Positions 16,804-26,282 of a stretch of DNA of 38,867 nucleotides are shown piece after piece; the first letter of the stretch is position 1, and every line of letters begins with the position of its first letter. The stretch is from an uncultured Bacteroidia bacterium (GTDB lineage: Bacteria; Bacteroidota; Bacteroidia; Palsa-948), in contig CAZCJN010000004.1 in NCBI GenBank assembly GCA_964498865.1, positions 1 through 38,867 on the forward strand. The letters run 5' to 3'. The notes under the pieces were generated by a model. That model saw nothing but the letters and a program-made list of their open reading frames with translations, searched no databases and had not been told where the DNA came from. Made by a program: the position numbers and the translations under genes.

Positions 16804-19074
16804 TTATTGTTTCGGCTTTTGTTGAGGCTGAGTTTGTATTGGGGTTGCAGGTTTAATTTGCGGGCCATCTGTTTTAGGTTGTTCTTGCTGAGGAGGAGTA
16901 GGAGTCGGCTCGTTATCCCACTCAGTAGAATTATCACCTTCGCCACCCTCTGATTCACTGCCTGTTACTTTAATTTCGGGAGCTGTAAGAGGTTGACCGC
17001 CTGCAGTTTTAACAGGTACGTAGTCCTTCCTTAAAATAGTAAATACAACCCTTCTGTTAATTTGCATTAAAAACTCATAGTCATTTTTATTTTTCTTTTG
17101 AGGGAAATTTTTATCTATCCACGTTTGACTTAAAGTAGTGCCTTTTGGTACTTTCTTACCACTTGGTGTAGTAAAATCTCTATCGGTAATTGCAGGTCTG
17201 CTTTCGCCGTATCCTGCAGGTTGAATGCGATTAGGATCAATTCCTTTTGTGTTGATAAGGTATTCAACACAAGTTTTAGCGCGGTTATAAGAAAGTGTTT
17301 GGTTGTACTTTGCATCTGAACGGTAGTCAGTATGTGCTGAAAGCTCTACCGTTATATTAGGGCTTTCTGTCATTACTTTAACCAAGAACTCTAAAGAATC
17401 CTTTGGATTGGATGCATGAGACAGATCGTAACTTCCAAGATCGAACAAGATCATTGGCATATGCATATCTCGTACAATTTTTGCAAGTACAAAATCTTGT
17501 CGGAAGCTGGTGGATTCTTTTAATCCTACAGTTGTAATTTTTCCTTTAGGATTACCAAGTAGCCCGTCAGGGAAATCGTTGGTTTTTACATCAAGAGCAG
17601 ATGCGCTTACTACATAAGATGTATTCGGGCTCACATAACGTGCTTCGCCTTTTGTTTCGTATTTATAATATCCTTTTGAATCTGTTTTTATTTCAACAGA
17701 GGAATTATCGCTACCTACCAGCTTTACAGTTGCGTTAGGAACAGGTAGCTTGGTTAATTCTTCCGTTACGTATCCTTCTAACATATGAAGAAGTGGAGGA
17801 AGGGTAAATGCATAGATATCATCACCTCCTTTTCCACCTGCACGCGTAGATGATAAATAGCCACGTTCATTATCAGTTTCAAAAACTATCCCATAATCAT
17901 CTCCAGAAGAGTTAATAGGGTATTGCATGTTTTCCGGTTTAACCCATTTTTTATCGCCATTTGAAGCCGCTTTAAAAATATCTAATCCACCCATCCCAAG
18001 AAGTCCTTTTGTAGCATAGTAAAGAGTTCCATCATAATGCAAGAAAGGGAATACCTCATCTTCGGGAGTATTTATTTCGGGGCCAAGATTAACCGGATCT
18101 TTACTCCATGTTTTCGTTTTTGGATCGAAAGTAACGTAATATAGGTCTAGTCCGCCATATCCCGGATTAAGACTGTCTTTAAGGTCGGAAGAAAAAATCA
18201 TGACCTTTTCATCTTTGCTAAGAGCAGGATGTCCATAACTGAAAGAGTCTTTACAGAAAGGAAGAATAGCAGGCTCGTCCCATGTTTGTCCTCGTTTTAC
18301 TGTTGAATATACCTGACATTTAGGGTGTTTACCTTTTGCAACACCGCATCTTGTAAAATACATATTTGCACCTTTTTCATCTAATACACATGCTGCTTCA
18401 TTAACTTTTGTGCTAATAGGAGAAGGAAGAGGGGCAGGAGTACTCCATTTACCGTTTTTATCCACTTTTGTCATGAATATATCTGCAAAGAGCTGTCCCA
18501 CATTTTTATCTACATCTCCGGTTGCACCCTGTCTTGTTGAAGAAAGAAGTAGCGTAGAGTATTTTTTTCTTTCTGCATACATTGGTGCGTAATCCCATTC
18601 CCTGCTATTGATCTGTACCATGTTTTCAACTTTAAATCGAGTGGGATTATCTTTCCATTTTTGTGCTAACTCACAAGATTGAGAACCGTCAGTACCTCTT
18701 TTATCCGAAGGAACTTCTTTTGCATATTTTTCATATTCTCCTTTTGCTTCTGCATATTTTTCTTGCATCTTCATCATGTCTGCAACATAGAGTTGAGCCA
18801 ATGTTTTTTGCTCGCATTGTGCTTTAATAGCTTTTTGATAATAGATTTCAGCTTGTTTCACGTCATTGATAAGGCGATAGCATTCAGCGGTTTTCCAAAG
18901 ACATTCCGGCTTGATTTTTTTCGATGCTTTCTTGTAAGCCGCTTTGTATAAATCAATAGCTGCATAAAATTCGTAGGAAGCAAACTTGTGCTCTGCTTCT
19001 TTATAGAAATTCTTTTGTGCAAATGCACTACTGAATAGAAACGTGATAAGGAGGAGTGTGATGTTAATTTTCAT
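16804..19074 (-). CDS. PorE-like outer-membrane protein: signal peptide, TPR, TolB-like beta-propeller, carboxypeptidase-regulatory-like domain, OmpA_C peptidoglycan-binding domain, P/Q-rich tail
   Basis: The signal peptide is LLLITFLFSSAFAQ. The N-terminus has TPR-like helices, followed by repeated propeller-like segments. The CRD-like block is LEGYVTEELTKLPVPNATVKLVGSDNSSVEIKTDSKGYYKY. The OmpA_C block is ILFDLGSYDL...SAHTDYRSDAKYNQTLSYNRAKTCVEYL...GYGESRP...NRRVVFTIL. Confidence 0.8.
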   Translation of the reverse strand: MKINITLLLITFLFSSAFAQKNFYKEAEHKFASYEFYAAIDLYKAAYKKASKKIKPECLWKTAECYRLINDVKQAEIYYQKAIKAQCEQKTLAQLYVADMMKMQEKYAEAKGEYEKYAKEVPSDKRGTDGSQSCELAQKWKDNPTRFKVENMVQINSREWDYAPMYAERKKYSTLLLSSTRQGATGDVDKNVGQLFADIFMTKVDKNGKWSTPAPLPSPISTKVNEAACVLDEKGANMYFTRCGVAKGKHPKCQVYSTVKRGQTWDEPAILPFCKDSFSYGHPALSKDEKVMIFSSDLKDSLNPGYGGLDLYYVTFDPKTKTWSKDPVNLGPEINTPEDEVFPFLHYDGTLYYATKGLLGMGGLDIFKAASNGDKKWVKPENMQYPINSSGDDYGIVFETDNERGYLSSTRAGGKGGDDIYAFTLPPLLHMLEGYVTEELTKLPVPNATVKLVGSDNSSVEIKTDSKGYYKYETKGEARYVSPNTSYVVSASALDVKTNDFPDGLLGNPKGKITTVGLKESTSFRQDFVLAKIVRDMHMPMILFDLGSYDLSHASNPKDSLEFLVKVMTESPNITVELSAHTDYRSDAKYNQTLSYNRAKTCVEYLINTKGIDPNRIQPAGYGESRPAITDRDFTTPSGKKVPKGTTLSQTWIDKNFPQKKNKNDYEFLMQINRRVVFTILRKDYVPVKTAGGQPLTAPEIKVTGSESEGGEGDNSTEWDNEPTPTPPQQEQPKTDGPQIKPATPIQTQPQQKPKQ

Positions 19075-19167
19075 CTCTAATAGGTATTTTTTTCTCTATA
19101 CTTAATTAAGTTAAAGTAAGATTAACTGCTAAAATAATTTTTTTGTTTGAATCTACAAGCCGACGCG

Positions 19168-19175
19168 CAAATATA
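19168..19175 (-). promoter_or_regulatory. Putative -7 promoter box TATATTTG for the PorE-like gene
   Basis: This is an exact match, 93 nt upstream of ATG 19074. It is the only such box in the correct orientation in this part of the intergenic region. Confidence 0.4.
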
Positions 19176-19326
19176 GGTTTTTCGGTAATACATCACTATT
19201 TGCATCACATCATTTAAAATAGCAATCTTTTTGTTATGAGTTAAGTACTAAACTAATCCCAAGAGATATTGACAATACTACTTTCATAAAAAATATAAAA
19301 TAGATACAAACTATTAAACCAACTAT

Positions 19327-19334
19327 TACATTTG
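19327..19334 (+). promoter_or_regulatory. Putative -7 promoter box TACATTTG for the giant adhesin gene
   Basis: This is an exact match, 55 nt upstream of TTG 19390. Confidence 0.45.
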
Positions 19335-19389
19335 TAACAATATTCGTATATATTGCGTAGTACCCAACGCAAATAAAATCTAAAGTTGC

Positions 19390-22300
19390 TTGAAACAAAC
19401 TATTTTATATTTTTTTCTTCCTCTACTTATTTTTTCAAATTCGCTTGTTTCTGCTCAGCAAATAACAACTGAGAGTACTCCACTTACTAATCCTCTTTTC
19501 ATAAGTGATGTAATTGCTCAGCTTGGAGGACCCGATACAATGCCCGAGTGCGTTTTTGGAACAGATACACTAATAATTGTTATGACCAGTACAAGTCTTT
19601 CCTGTAACGGTAATAATACAGGTACTGCAAGTGTTGAGGTAATAAAAGGTGTTCCTCCCTATACCTATTCTTGGTTCCCTAGTGGACAAACTGCCTCAAC
19701 GGCTACAGGCTTAGGGGCAGGAACTCCCAGTGTGGATGTAATAGATGGGTTAGGCAATATATGCAATGGATCTATTTCCATTACGGAGCCTGCGGTTTTA
19801 AATGTAATTATCAGCCCACCCCCTGTACCACCTACATGTTTTGGTTTATGTAATGCTTCAGCAACGGCCAGTCCAAGTGGAGGCACAGCACCATATACTT
19901 ATTTATGGAACACTAGTCCGGTACAAACCACAGCATTAGCAACCGGATTATGTGCCGGCAATAATACTGTATCTGTTACTGACTCAAAAGGATGTTCTAA
20001 AGTTAGAATTGTAAACATTACACAACCTGCGCTTTTAACAGCAAATGGTACTTATACTAATGTTATATGTTATAATGCTTGTAATGGAAGAGCTTTGGTA
20101 GCTCCTACAGGAGGTACTGCTCCTTATACTTATTCATGGATGCCCGGTGGGTTGACTACTGCTACCATTTCAGCATTATGTCCTAATACATATACATGTA
20201 CCATTACTGATAAACAAGCATGTTCTACTACTTATGTAGCTACAATTACTCAACCTACTGCATTAACTGTTACTACAACCGGTACTAATCTTTTATGTAA
20301 TGGTGTTTGTACGGGATCTGTCACAGCAACTGCATCCGGTGGAGTACCTGGTTATACTTATTCATGGTCACCAGGTGGATGTACTACCTCCGATTGTACT
20401 GGTTTATGTGCCGGTAATTACACCCTTACTCTTACTGATGCGAATGGGTGCGTAAAAACAAGTACGGTTGCTATCACGCAGCCGGGAGTATTTTCTGTTT
20501 CTCCAACAGGAACCAATAATAATTGTTTTGGGGATTGTAATGGTACGGCAAGTGCAAATCCGAGTGGAGGCACAGCCCCTTTTACTTATTCATGGTCACC
20601 GGGTGGATATACTACATCCTCTATTACAGGCCTTTGCTCAGGAAGTTATACTGTTGATGTAACGGATGCAAATAGTTGTGCAACAGCAGGCATAGTAACT
20701 ATAACAGAAGCTCCTTTGCTTACCGTAACAGTTGCTTCGACCAATGTTACTTGTAGTGGTACTTGTAACGGAAGTGTGAGTGCAACCCCTAGTGGCGGCA
20801 CCGCGCCCTATACCTATTTATGGTCTCCTGGTGGCTATACAACTTCTGCAAGTGCGGGACTCTGTGCTGGCAATTACTCAGTTACTGTAACCGATGTAAA
20901 AGGTTGTACCGCTACAGCCACCGTTTCTGTTAATTCTCCAGCACCACTGCTTCCCAACGTTTCGAGTACTAATACTTCATGTTTTGGAATATGTGATGGA
21001 AGTGTTAGTGCTTCTCCAACCGGCGGCACCGGTGCGTATACTTATGGCTGGTCAAACGGCTGCACTACATCTGCTTGTGCAGGATTATGTGCAGGAAATT
21101 ATACACTTACATTAACGGACGCAAACGGTTGCCCTGCTTCGGCAACACTTACTGTTACACAACCCGGAGCATTAACGGCTTCTATAAGTTCTGCTACACC
21201 CAATCCACTTAATTGTAATGGAGATTGTAACGGAACTGCTGCTGTTTCCATTAGTGGCGGAACACCATTATATACTTATTCTTGGACTACAGGTGATATT
21301 ACTCCATCGGTTACCGGTTTATGTGCAGGAATTTATTCTGTTACAGTAACAGATTCTAAAGGTTGTACATCTGCAACGTCCGTTAATTTTTTACAACCCG
21401 GTACACTTTCAGTAACAATAGCTTCTTCGCAACCTACATGCAGTAGTTCATGTAATGGTTCCATTTCTGCTATTGCGGGTGGAGGTACAGCTCCCTATGC
21501 TTATTCATGGTTGCCCGGAGGTCAAACAACCGGAGCTATTGGATCGCTTTGCCCCGGTAATTATACAGTTACTACCACCGATAGTAAGGGTTGTACTAAT
21601 ACTCAAACTGTGGTATTACCCCCCCCCTCCATACTTACTTCCAACATATCAATTGCCAATACTATCTCTTGTGCGGGTGTTTGTGACGGATCTCTTACTG
21701 TTTCTGCTTCAGGGGGAGTTTCTCCATATAATTATTTATGGTCAGGTGGGCAAACCAGTACTGCAATAAACGGACTTTGTGCAGGCACCTATACAGCTAC
21801 TGTAACGGATGCAAATGGCTGTAATGATATTGACATATTTAATCTTTCTCAGCCTGCGGTATTATCAACCAATATTTCTTCCACTACTTCAAGTTGTACA
21901 CTTTGTACCGGAACAGCCGATGCAACTACAACAGGTGGTACCGCTCCTTATACTTATTTATGGACACCTACTTCACAAACTACTTCCACAGCGGTTGGTT
22001 TGTGTATTGAAAGCCATACAGTATCTGTAAATGATTCACATGGATGTTTAAGTTCTGCTACAGTGACTATTAATCCTGTTGTAACAGTTTCCCTTACGGT
22101 ATCAGGTGCGAGTGTAAGTTGTCCGAGTGTGTGTGATGGAATGGCGAGTGCTGCGGCTTTTGGTGGAGTATCACCCTATACTTATTCATGGACTACTGCG
22201 CCTGTTCAAACCACATCGATATGTACAGGATTATGTGCTGGCACCTATTCAGTAACCGCTGCCGATGTAAATGGATGTTTGGCTACTAAAACACTAACTT

Positions 22301-25300
22301 TAACAGATCCTCCAACACTTACAGTTTCTGTTAGCAGTTCAACTGCTTCATGTGGGATATGCAATGGCACCGCGAGTGCTTCTGTTGCCGGAGGAACAGG
22401 GGCATATACTTATACCTGGTCTGGCTTTCCTGTTCAAACTACGGCCACTGCTACCGGACTTTGTGCCGGCGATTATACGGTAACTGTTGCTGATGGAAAC
22501 AATTGTACTTCTACAAGTACTGTTACTGTAGGAAGTATTCCTGCAATAAGTGATAATCCATCCACAACACTTACTGCTTGTGGTGGTAATACAGGTGCTA
22601 TTTGCCTTGCTCCAACAGGGGGTACAGCTCCCTATACTTATGTATGGTTACCAGGAGGGGCTACTACAGATTGTATAACCGGGCTTGTAGCAGGGGTATA
22701 TACAGTAACTGTTTCTGATGCAGTGGGCTGTGCCAAAACTTTTCAAGATCCTGTTGGTAATATTGGTGCTCCAACTATTACAACTAACTCCCAGGTGAAT
22801 CCTATTTGTTATTCTGAATGTAATGGCACTATATCTATAAGTGCCTCGGGTGGAGTTCCGGGATATAATTATTTATGGTCGCCGGGCAATGCAACAACCA
22901 CTTCTATTTCTTCCATATGTGCGGGAACATACATTATTCAAGTAGACGATGCCCAGCCATGTACTTCATTTGCATCGATAACGATTACTGATCCTACTCA
23001 ATTTAGTGTTGGACCTACTATAACTAATACTTCTTGTAATGGAGGCAGTGATGGTATCGTCTGTCTTAGTCCATCTGGTGGCGTTTCTCCATACACCTAT
23101 AAATGGTTGCCTGGTGGTCAAACAACTTCTTGCTTATCGTCTTTATCAGCCGGAACATACTCAGTGGTTGTAAATGATGCGACCGGATGTGATGATACGA
23201 TCGCAATACCTGTTGCAGATCCAGCACCGCTTAATATTAGTATTTCCTCTACCAATGTTCTGTGTAATGGTAATAACAACGGAACGGCGACGGCTTCAGT
23301 CAGTGGAGGCACCCCTCTATATACCTATGCATGGAATAATGGTGCTCCTCTTTCTACCGTTGTTGGATTATCTCCTGGAAATTACTCTCTTACCGTGACT
23401 GATTCCAAAGGATGTAGTGGTACAGCAAGTGTGGCTATTGCGCAGCCAACGGTGCTTACGAGCACTCTTTCATCAACCAATATTTCTTGTAATTCTGTTT
23501 GTGATGGAACAGTTTCTTTGAGTTCATCTGGTGGTACACCGGCTTATAGTTACGTATGGTTACCCGGCGGTGCAACTACTTCTTCTGTTACTGCTCTATG
23601 TAATGGAAATTATGTTGGAACATTAACCGATATGAATGGCTGTACAGTAACTAAAACAGTAACAATTACTCAGCCTGCAGTGCTTTCTTCTTCGGTTGTG
23701 GCTACAGATGCAAGTTGTTTTGGTGGTTGTGATGGTTCATCTTCTATTAACATGAGTGGGGGTACTTCGCCATACATGTATACATGGTCACCGGGTGGGC
23801 AAACAACGTCTTCTATTACAGGATTGTGTGCAGGTGATTACACGGTATCTGTTACTGATGCAAATAATTGTAACCACGTACAATTTATTTCAATTTCTTC
23901 TCCAACTACTCTCCAGGCAAATGTTACAAACACTATTCCTACTTGTTTTGGTGGATGTGATGCTACTGCAACAGCTTCGCCTATTGGTGGCACAGGTACT
24001 TATACATTTTCTTGGAATACTTCTCCTATACAAACTACAGCAACAGCTACTGGTCTATGTTCAGGGAATTATACACTTACCCTGACAGATGCAAATGGGT
24101 GTATTGTAACTCAAGCCATAACAGTTGGTATTCCTTCAGTTATAACACAATCAAATGCCGCCGCAAATGCTACTTGCGGTATATGTGATGGAAGTATTAC
24201 TGTAATAGCATCAGGTGGAAATGCTCCATACTCTTTCTTTTGGAATACAGGTGCTACGACGGCAACCATTACGGGCCTTTGTGCCGGTGTATACATCGAT
24301 ACTGTTATGGATGCGAGTGGCTGTCTATCATTAGATACAATAGCAATAAATAATGTTGCAGGGCCATTGCTTGTATTATCAGGAACAAACATTGCTTGTT
24401 ATGATAGTTGCACGGGGACTGCAACTGTATCTGCGACGGGTGCAGGACCAACCTGGCAATACTCTTGGTTTCCGGGAAATATTAGCACCCAAACCATTAC
24501 AGGTTTATGTGCAAATCAATACTTTGTTACTGTTACAGATACGTTAGGGTGTAAATCAATAGATAATATTACGCTTACTCAACCTTCTCAAATCATATCA
24601 AATGCAGCTGTTACAAATGCAACTTGTTTGGGAATATGTAATGGGGCTATTTCGGTAAATGCCTCCGGCGGAGTAGGACCTTATGTATATGCATGGAGTA
24701 CAGGGGCAACAACTACATCCATAAGTAATCAGTGCCCGGGAGATTATGTGCTTACCATTATGGATGCGAACAGTTGTGCAACCACTTCAACAATAACGAT
24801 AGGACAAAATACAATACTTACCTCTACGATGTCAGCTACCAATAATACTTGCAATCTGTCATGTGATGGAACAGCATCTGTAGTTATCAACGGAGGAACT
24901 ATGCCTTATTCTTATTTATGGTTGCCTTCTAACAACACAACTGTGGCTGTAACTGCCTTATGTGTCGGCACCCATACAGTAACTACAACAGATATAATCG
25001 GATGCCAAAATATTTCTACAGTTTTAATTACAGAGCCTTTGGCAATTAATGCAAACACAACTTTTATTTCGCCCACTTGTAACGGATCATGTGATGGAAG
25101 CATTTCATCAGTCCCCATAGGGGGAACTCTCCCTTATACTTTTCAGTGGGCACCTGGGGGCGAAACTACTGCTGTACTCACGGGCCTTTGTGCCGGCAAT
25201 TACTCATTAACAATTACAGATGTAAATAATTGTGTTAGCACTAATACCTTCACACTTACAGAGCCATCTGCCTTATCAGCTATTTCAAGTGTAGTAGACG

Positions 25301-26241
25301 CATCGTGTAGCAATGTATGTGATGGCAGTATTGACCTTACTGCCTCAGGTGGGACAGGGGCTTACTCTTATACATGGATGCCTGGTCTGCAAACTACAGA
25401 AGATATTTCGGCATTATGTACAGCAACTTATTCTGTAACAGTACTGGACTCTAATAATTGCTCTCTTACACATACTGTAAATGTAGCTGTAGGTACTTCT
25501 GTTGTTTCAGTTGCAAATAATGATTCCATACTTTGCAGCGGTAGCAGTGCATTGCTTATAAGTAACAGCATCAATGCAAGTACTTTGGAATGGTACCAAA
25601 TCACTTCTCCGATTTGGACATTCATCGGTAATACTTCCCCCATCAATACTCCGCCTGTTTTAGGTATAAGTGACTATGCTCTTGTTGCGTTAAATGGACT
25701 TTGTTCCGATACAGATACCGTAGTCATATCAACCTATCCTATCCCTTTGGTGGATGCCGGACCTGACGCTGTTTTATTCCCTAAATCAACAGTGATATTA
25801 AATGGTTCCGGCAGTGGGACTTATTTATGGTCGCCATCAACCGGACTCAGTAGCACAACTATTGCTAACCCTGTAGCTACACCCTCTATCTCTATTACAT
25901 ATACCTTAACTGTAACTGATGCGAATGGATGTACTGCATTTGATACTGTTCATGTAGAAGTAATACGAAATATAATTGTGAATGATGGAATTTCTCCCAA
26001 TAATGACGGATCAAATGATATATGGGAAATAAAGAACCTAGAACTTTTTCCGAATGCTTTAGTACAAGTATATAACCGATGGGGAGAATTACTCTTTTCT
26101 ACATCTGATTATTTAAATAATAAATGGGATGGAACCTATAAAGGAAAAGATTTACCTGTTGGAACATATTATTATGTTATTAATCTAAAGAGCGATCTGT
26201 TTAAGGACCCAATAACGGGACCGATAACAATATTGCGATAG
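19390..26241 (+). CDS. Giant cell-surface protein: signal peptide, 26 SprB-type repeats, Ig/PKD-like modules, T9SS type B C-terminal sorting domain (gliding-motility-associated CTD)
   Basis: The only available start is TTG at 19390, because an in-frame TAA sits at 19381-19383. A signal peptide follows immediately (LYFFLPLLIFSNSLVSAQQ). There are 26 copies of the C..xC.G......GG..PY.Y.W.PGG.TT....LCAG.Y.....D..GC unit. The C-terminus ISPNNDGSNDIWEIKNLELFPN..VQVYNRWGELLF...WDGTYKGKDLPVGTYYYVI is the type B CTD signature. Confidence 0.9.
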   Translation: MKQTILYFFLPLLIFSNSLVSAQQITTESTPLTNPLFISDVIAQLGGPDTMPECVFGTDTLIIVMTSTSLSCNGNNTGTASVEVIKGVPPYTYSWFPSGQTASTATGLGAGTPSVDVIDGLGNICNGSISITEPAVLNVIISPPPVPPTCFGLCNASATASPSGGTAPYTYLWNTSPVQTTALATGLCAGNNTVSVTDSKGCSKVRIVNITQPALLTANGTYTNVICYNACNGRALVAPTGGTAPYTYSWMPGGLTTATISALCPNTYTCTITDKQACSTTYVATITQPTALTVTTTGTNLLCNGVCTGSVTATASGGVPGYTYSWSPGGCTTSDCTGLCAGNYTLTLTDANGCVKTSTVAITQPGVFSVSPTGTNNNCFGDCNGTASANPSGGTAPFTYSWSPGGYTTSSITGLCSGSYTVDVTDANSCATAGIVTITEAPLLTVTVASTNVTCSGTCNGSVSATPSGGTAPYTYLWSPGGYTTSASAGLCAGNYSVTVTDVKGCTATATVSVNSPAPLLPNVSSTNTSCFGICDGSVSASPTGGTGAYTYGWSNGCTTSACAGLCAGNYTLTLTDANGCPASATLTVTQPGALTASISSATPNPLNCNGDCNGTAAVSISGGTPLYTYSWTTGDITPSVTGLCAGIYSVTVTDSKGCTSATSVNFLQPGTLSVTIASSQPTCSSSCNGSISAIAGGGTAPYAYSWLPGGQTTGAIGSLCPGNYTVTTTDSKGCTNTQTVVLPPPSILTSNISIANTISCAGVCDGSLTVSASGGVSPYNYLWSGGQTSTAINGLCAGTYTATVTDANGCNDIDIFNLSQPAVLSTNISSTTSSCTLCTGTADATTTGGTAPYTYLWTPTSQTTSTAVGLCIESHTVSVNDSHGCLSSATVTINPVVTVSLTVSGASVSCPSVCDGMASAAAFGGVSPYTYSWTTAPVQTTSICTGLCAGTYSVTAADVNGCLATKTLTLTDPPTLTVSVSSSTASCGICNGTASASVAGGTGAYTYTWSGFPVQTTATATGLCAGDYTVTVADGNNCTSTSTVTVGSIPAISDNPSTTLTACGGNTGAICLAPTGGTAPYTYVWLPGGATTDCITGLVAGVYTVTVSDAVGCAKTFQDPVGNIGAPTITTNSQVNPICYSECNGTISISASGGVPGYNYLWSPGNATTTSISSICAGTYIIQVDDAQPCTSFASITITDPTQFSVGPTITNTSCNGGSDGIVCLSPSGGVSPYTYKWLPGGQTTSCLSSLSAGTYSVVVNDATGCDDTIAIPVADPAPLNISISSTNVLCNGNNNGTATASVSGGTPLYTYAWNNGAPLSTVVGLSPGNYSLTVTDSKGCSGTASVAIAQPTVLTSTLSSTNISCNSVCDGTVSLSSSGGTPAYSYVWLPGGATTSSVTALCNGNYVGTLTDMNGCTVTKTVTITQPAVLSSSVVATDASCFGGCDGSSSINMSGGTSPYMYTWSPGGQTTSSITGLCAGDYTVSVTDANNCNHVQFISISSPTTLQANVTNTIPTCFGGCDATATASPIGGTGTYTFSWNTSPIQTTATATGLCSGNYTLTLTDANGCIVTQAITVGIPSVITQSNAAANATCGICDGSITVIASGGNAPYSFFWNTGATTATITGLCAGVYIDTVMDASGCLSLDTIAINNVAGPLLVLSGTNIACYDSCTGTATVSATGAGPTWQYSWFPGNISTQTITGLCANQYFVTVTDTLGCKSIDNITLTQPSQIISNAAVTNATCLGICNGAISVNASGGVGPYVYAWSTGATTTSISNQCPGDYVLTIMDANSCATTSTITIGQNTILTSTMSATNNTCNLSCDGTASVVINGGTMPYSYLWLPSNNTTVAVTALCVGTHTVTTTDIIGCQNISTVLITEPLAINANTTFISPTCNGSCDGSISSVPIGGTLPYTFQWAPGGETTAVLTGLCAGNYSLTITDVNNCVSTNTFTLTEPSALSAISSVVDASCSNVCDGSIDLTASGGTGAYSYTWMPGLQTTEDISALCTATYSVTVLDSNNCSLTHTVNVAVGTSVVSVANNDSILCSGSSALLISNSINASTLEWYQITSPIWTFIGNTSPINTPPVLGISDYALVALNGLCSDTDTVVISTYPIPLVDAGPDAVLFPKSTVILNGSGSGTYLWSPSTGLSSTTIANPVATPSISITYTLTVTDANGCTAFDTVHVEVIRNIIVNDGISPNNDGSNDIWEIKNLELFPNALVQVYNRWGELLFSTSDYLNNKWDGTYKGKDLPVGTYYYVINLKSDLFKDPITGPITILR
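19576..25500 (+). repeat. 26 tandem protein-level repeats of about 76 aa (about 228 nt), SprB-repeat type, inside the giant CDS
   Basis: I counted the P[YF].[YF].W core 26 times. Each unit usually has four conserved Cys: a CxxxC pair plus LC...GC. Units are strongly diverged at synonymous sites. Confidence 0.85.
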
Positions 26242-26282
26242 TATCTCTCCACAAGAGAAATACGATCTATTAAAATAGTAAA

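Noticed and set aside
19665-25646. About a dozen 60-110 aa ORFs in alternative frames and on the antisense strand inside the giant adhesin gene (for example 21455..21769, 23756..24085 and 24111..24392).
   Set aside because: They lie wholly within a CDS whose own frame has strong periodic protein-level conservation. The Thr/Gly/Ser/Cys-rich codon composition depletes stop codons in the other frames. None has a promoter box or a recognisable motif.
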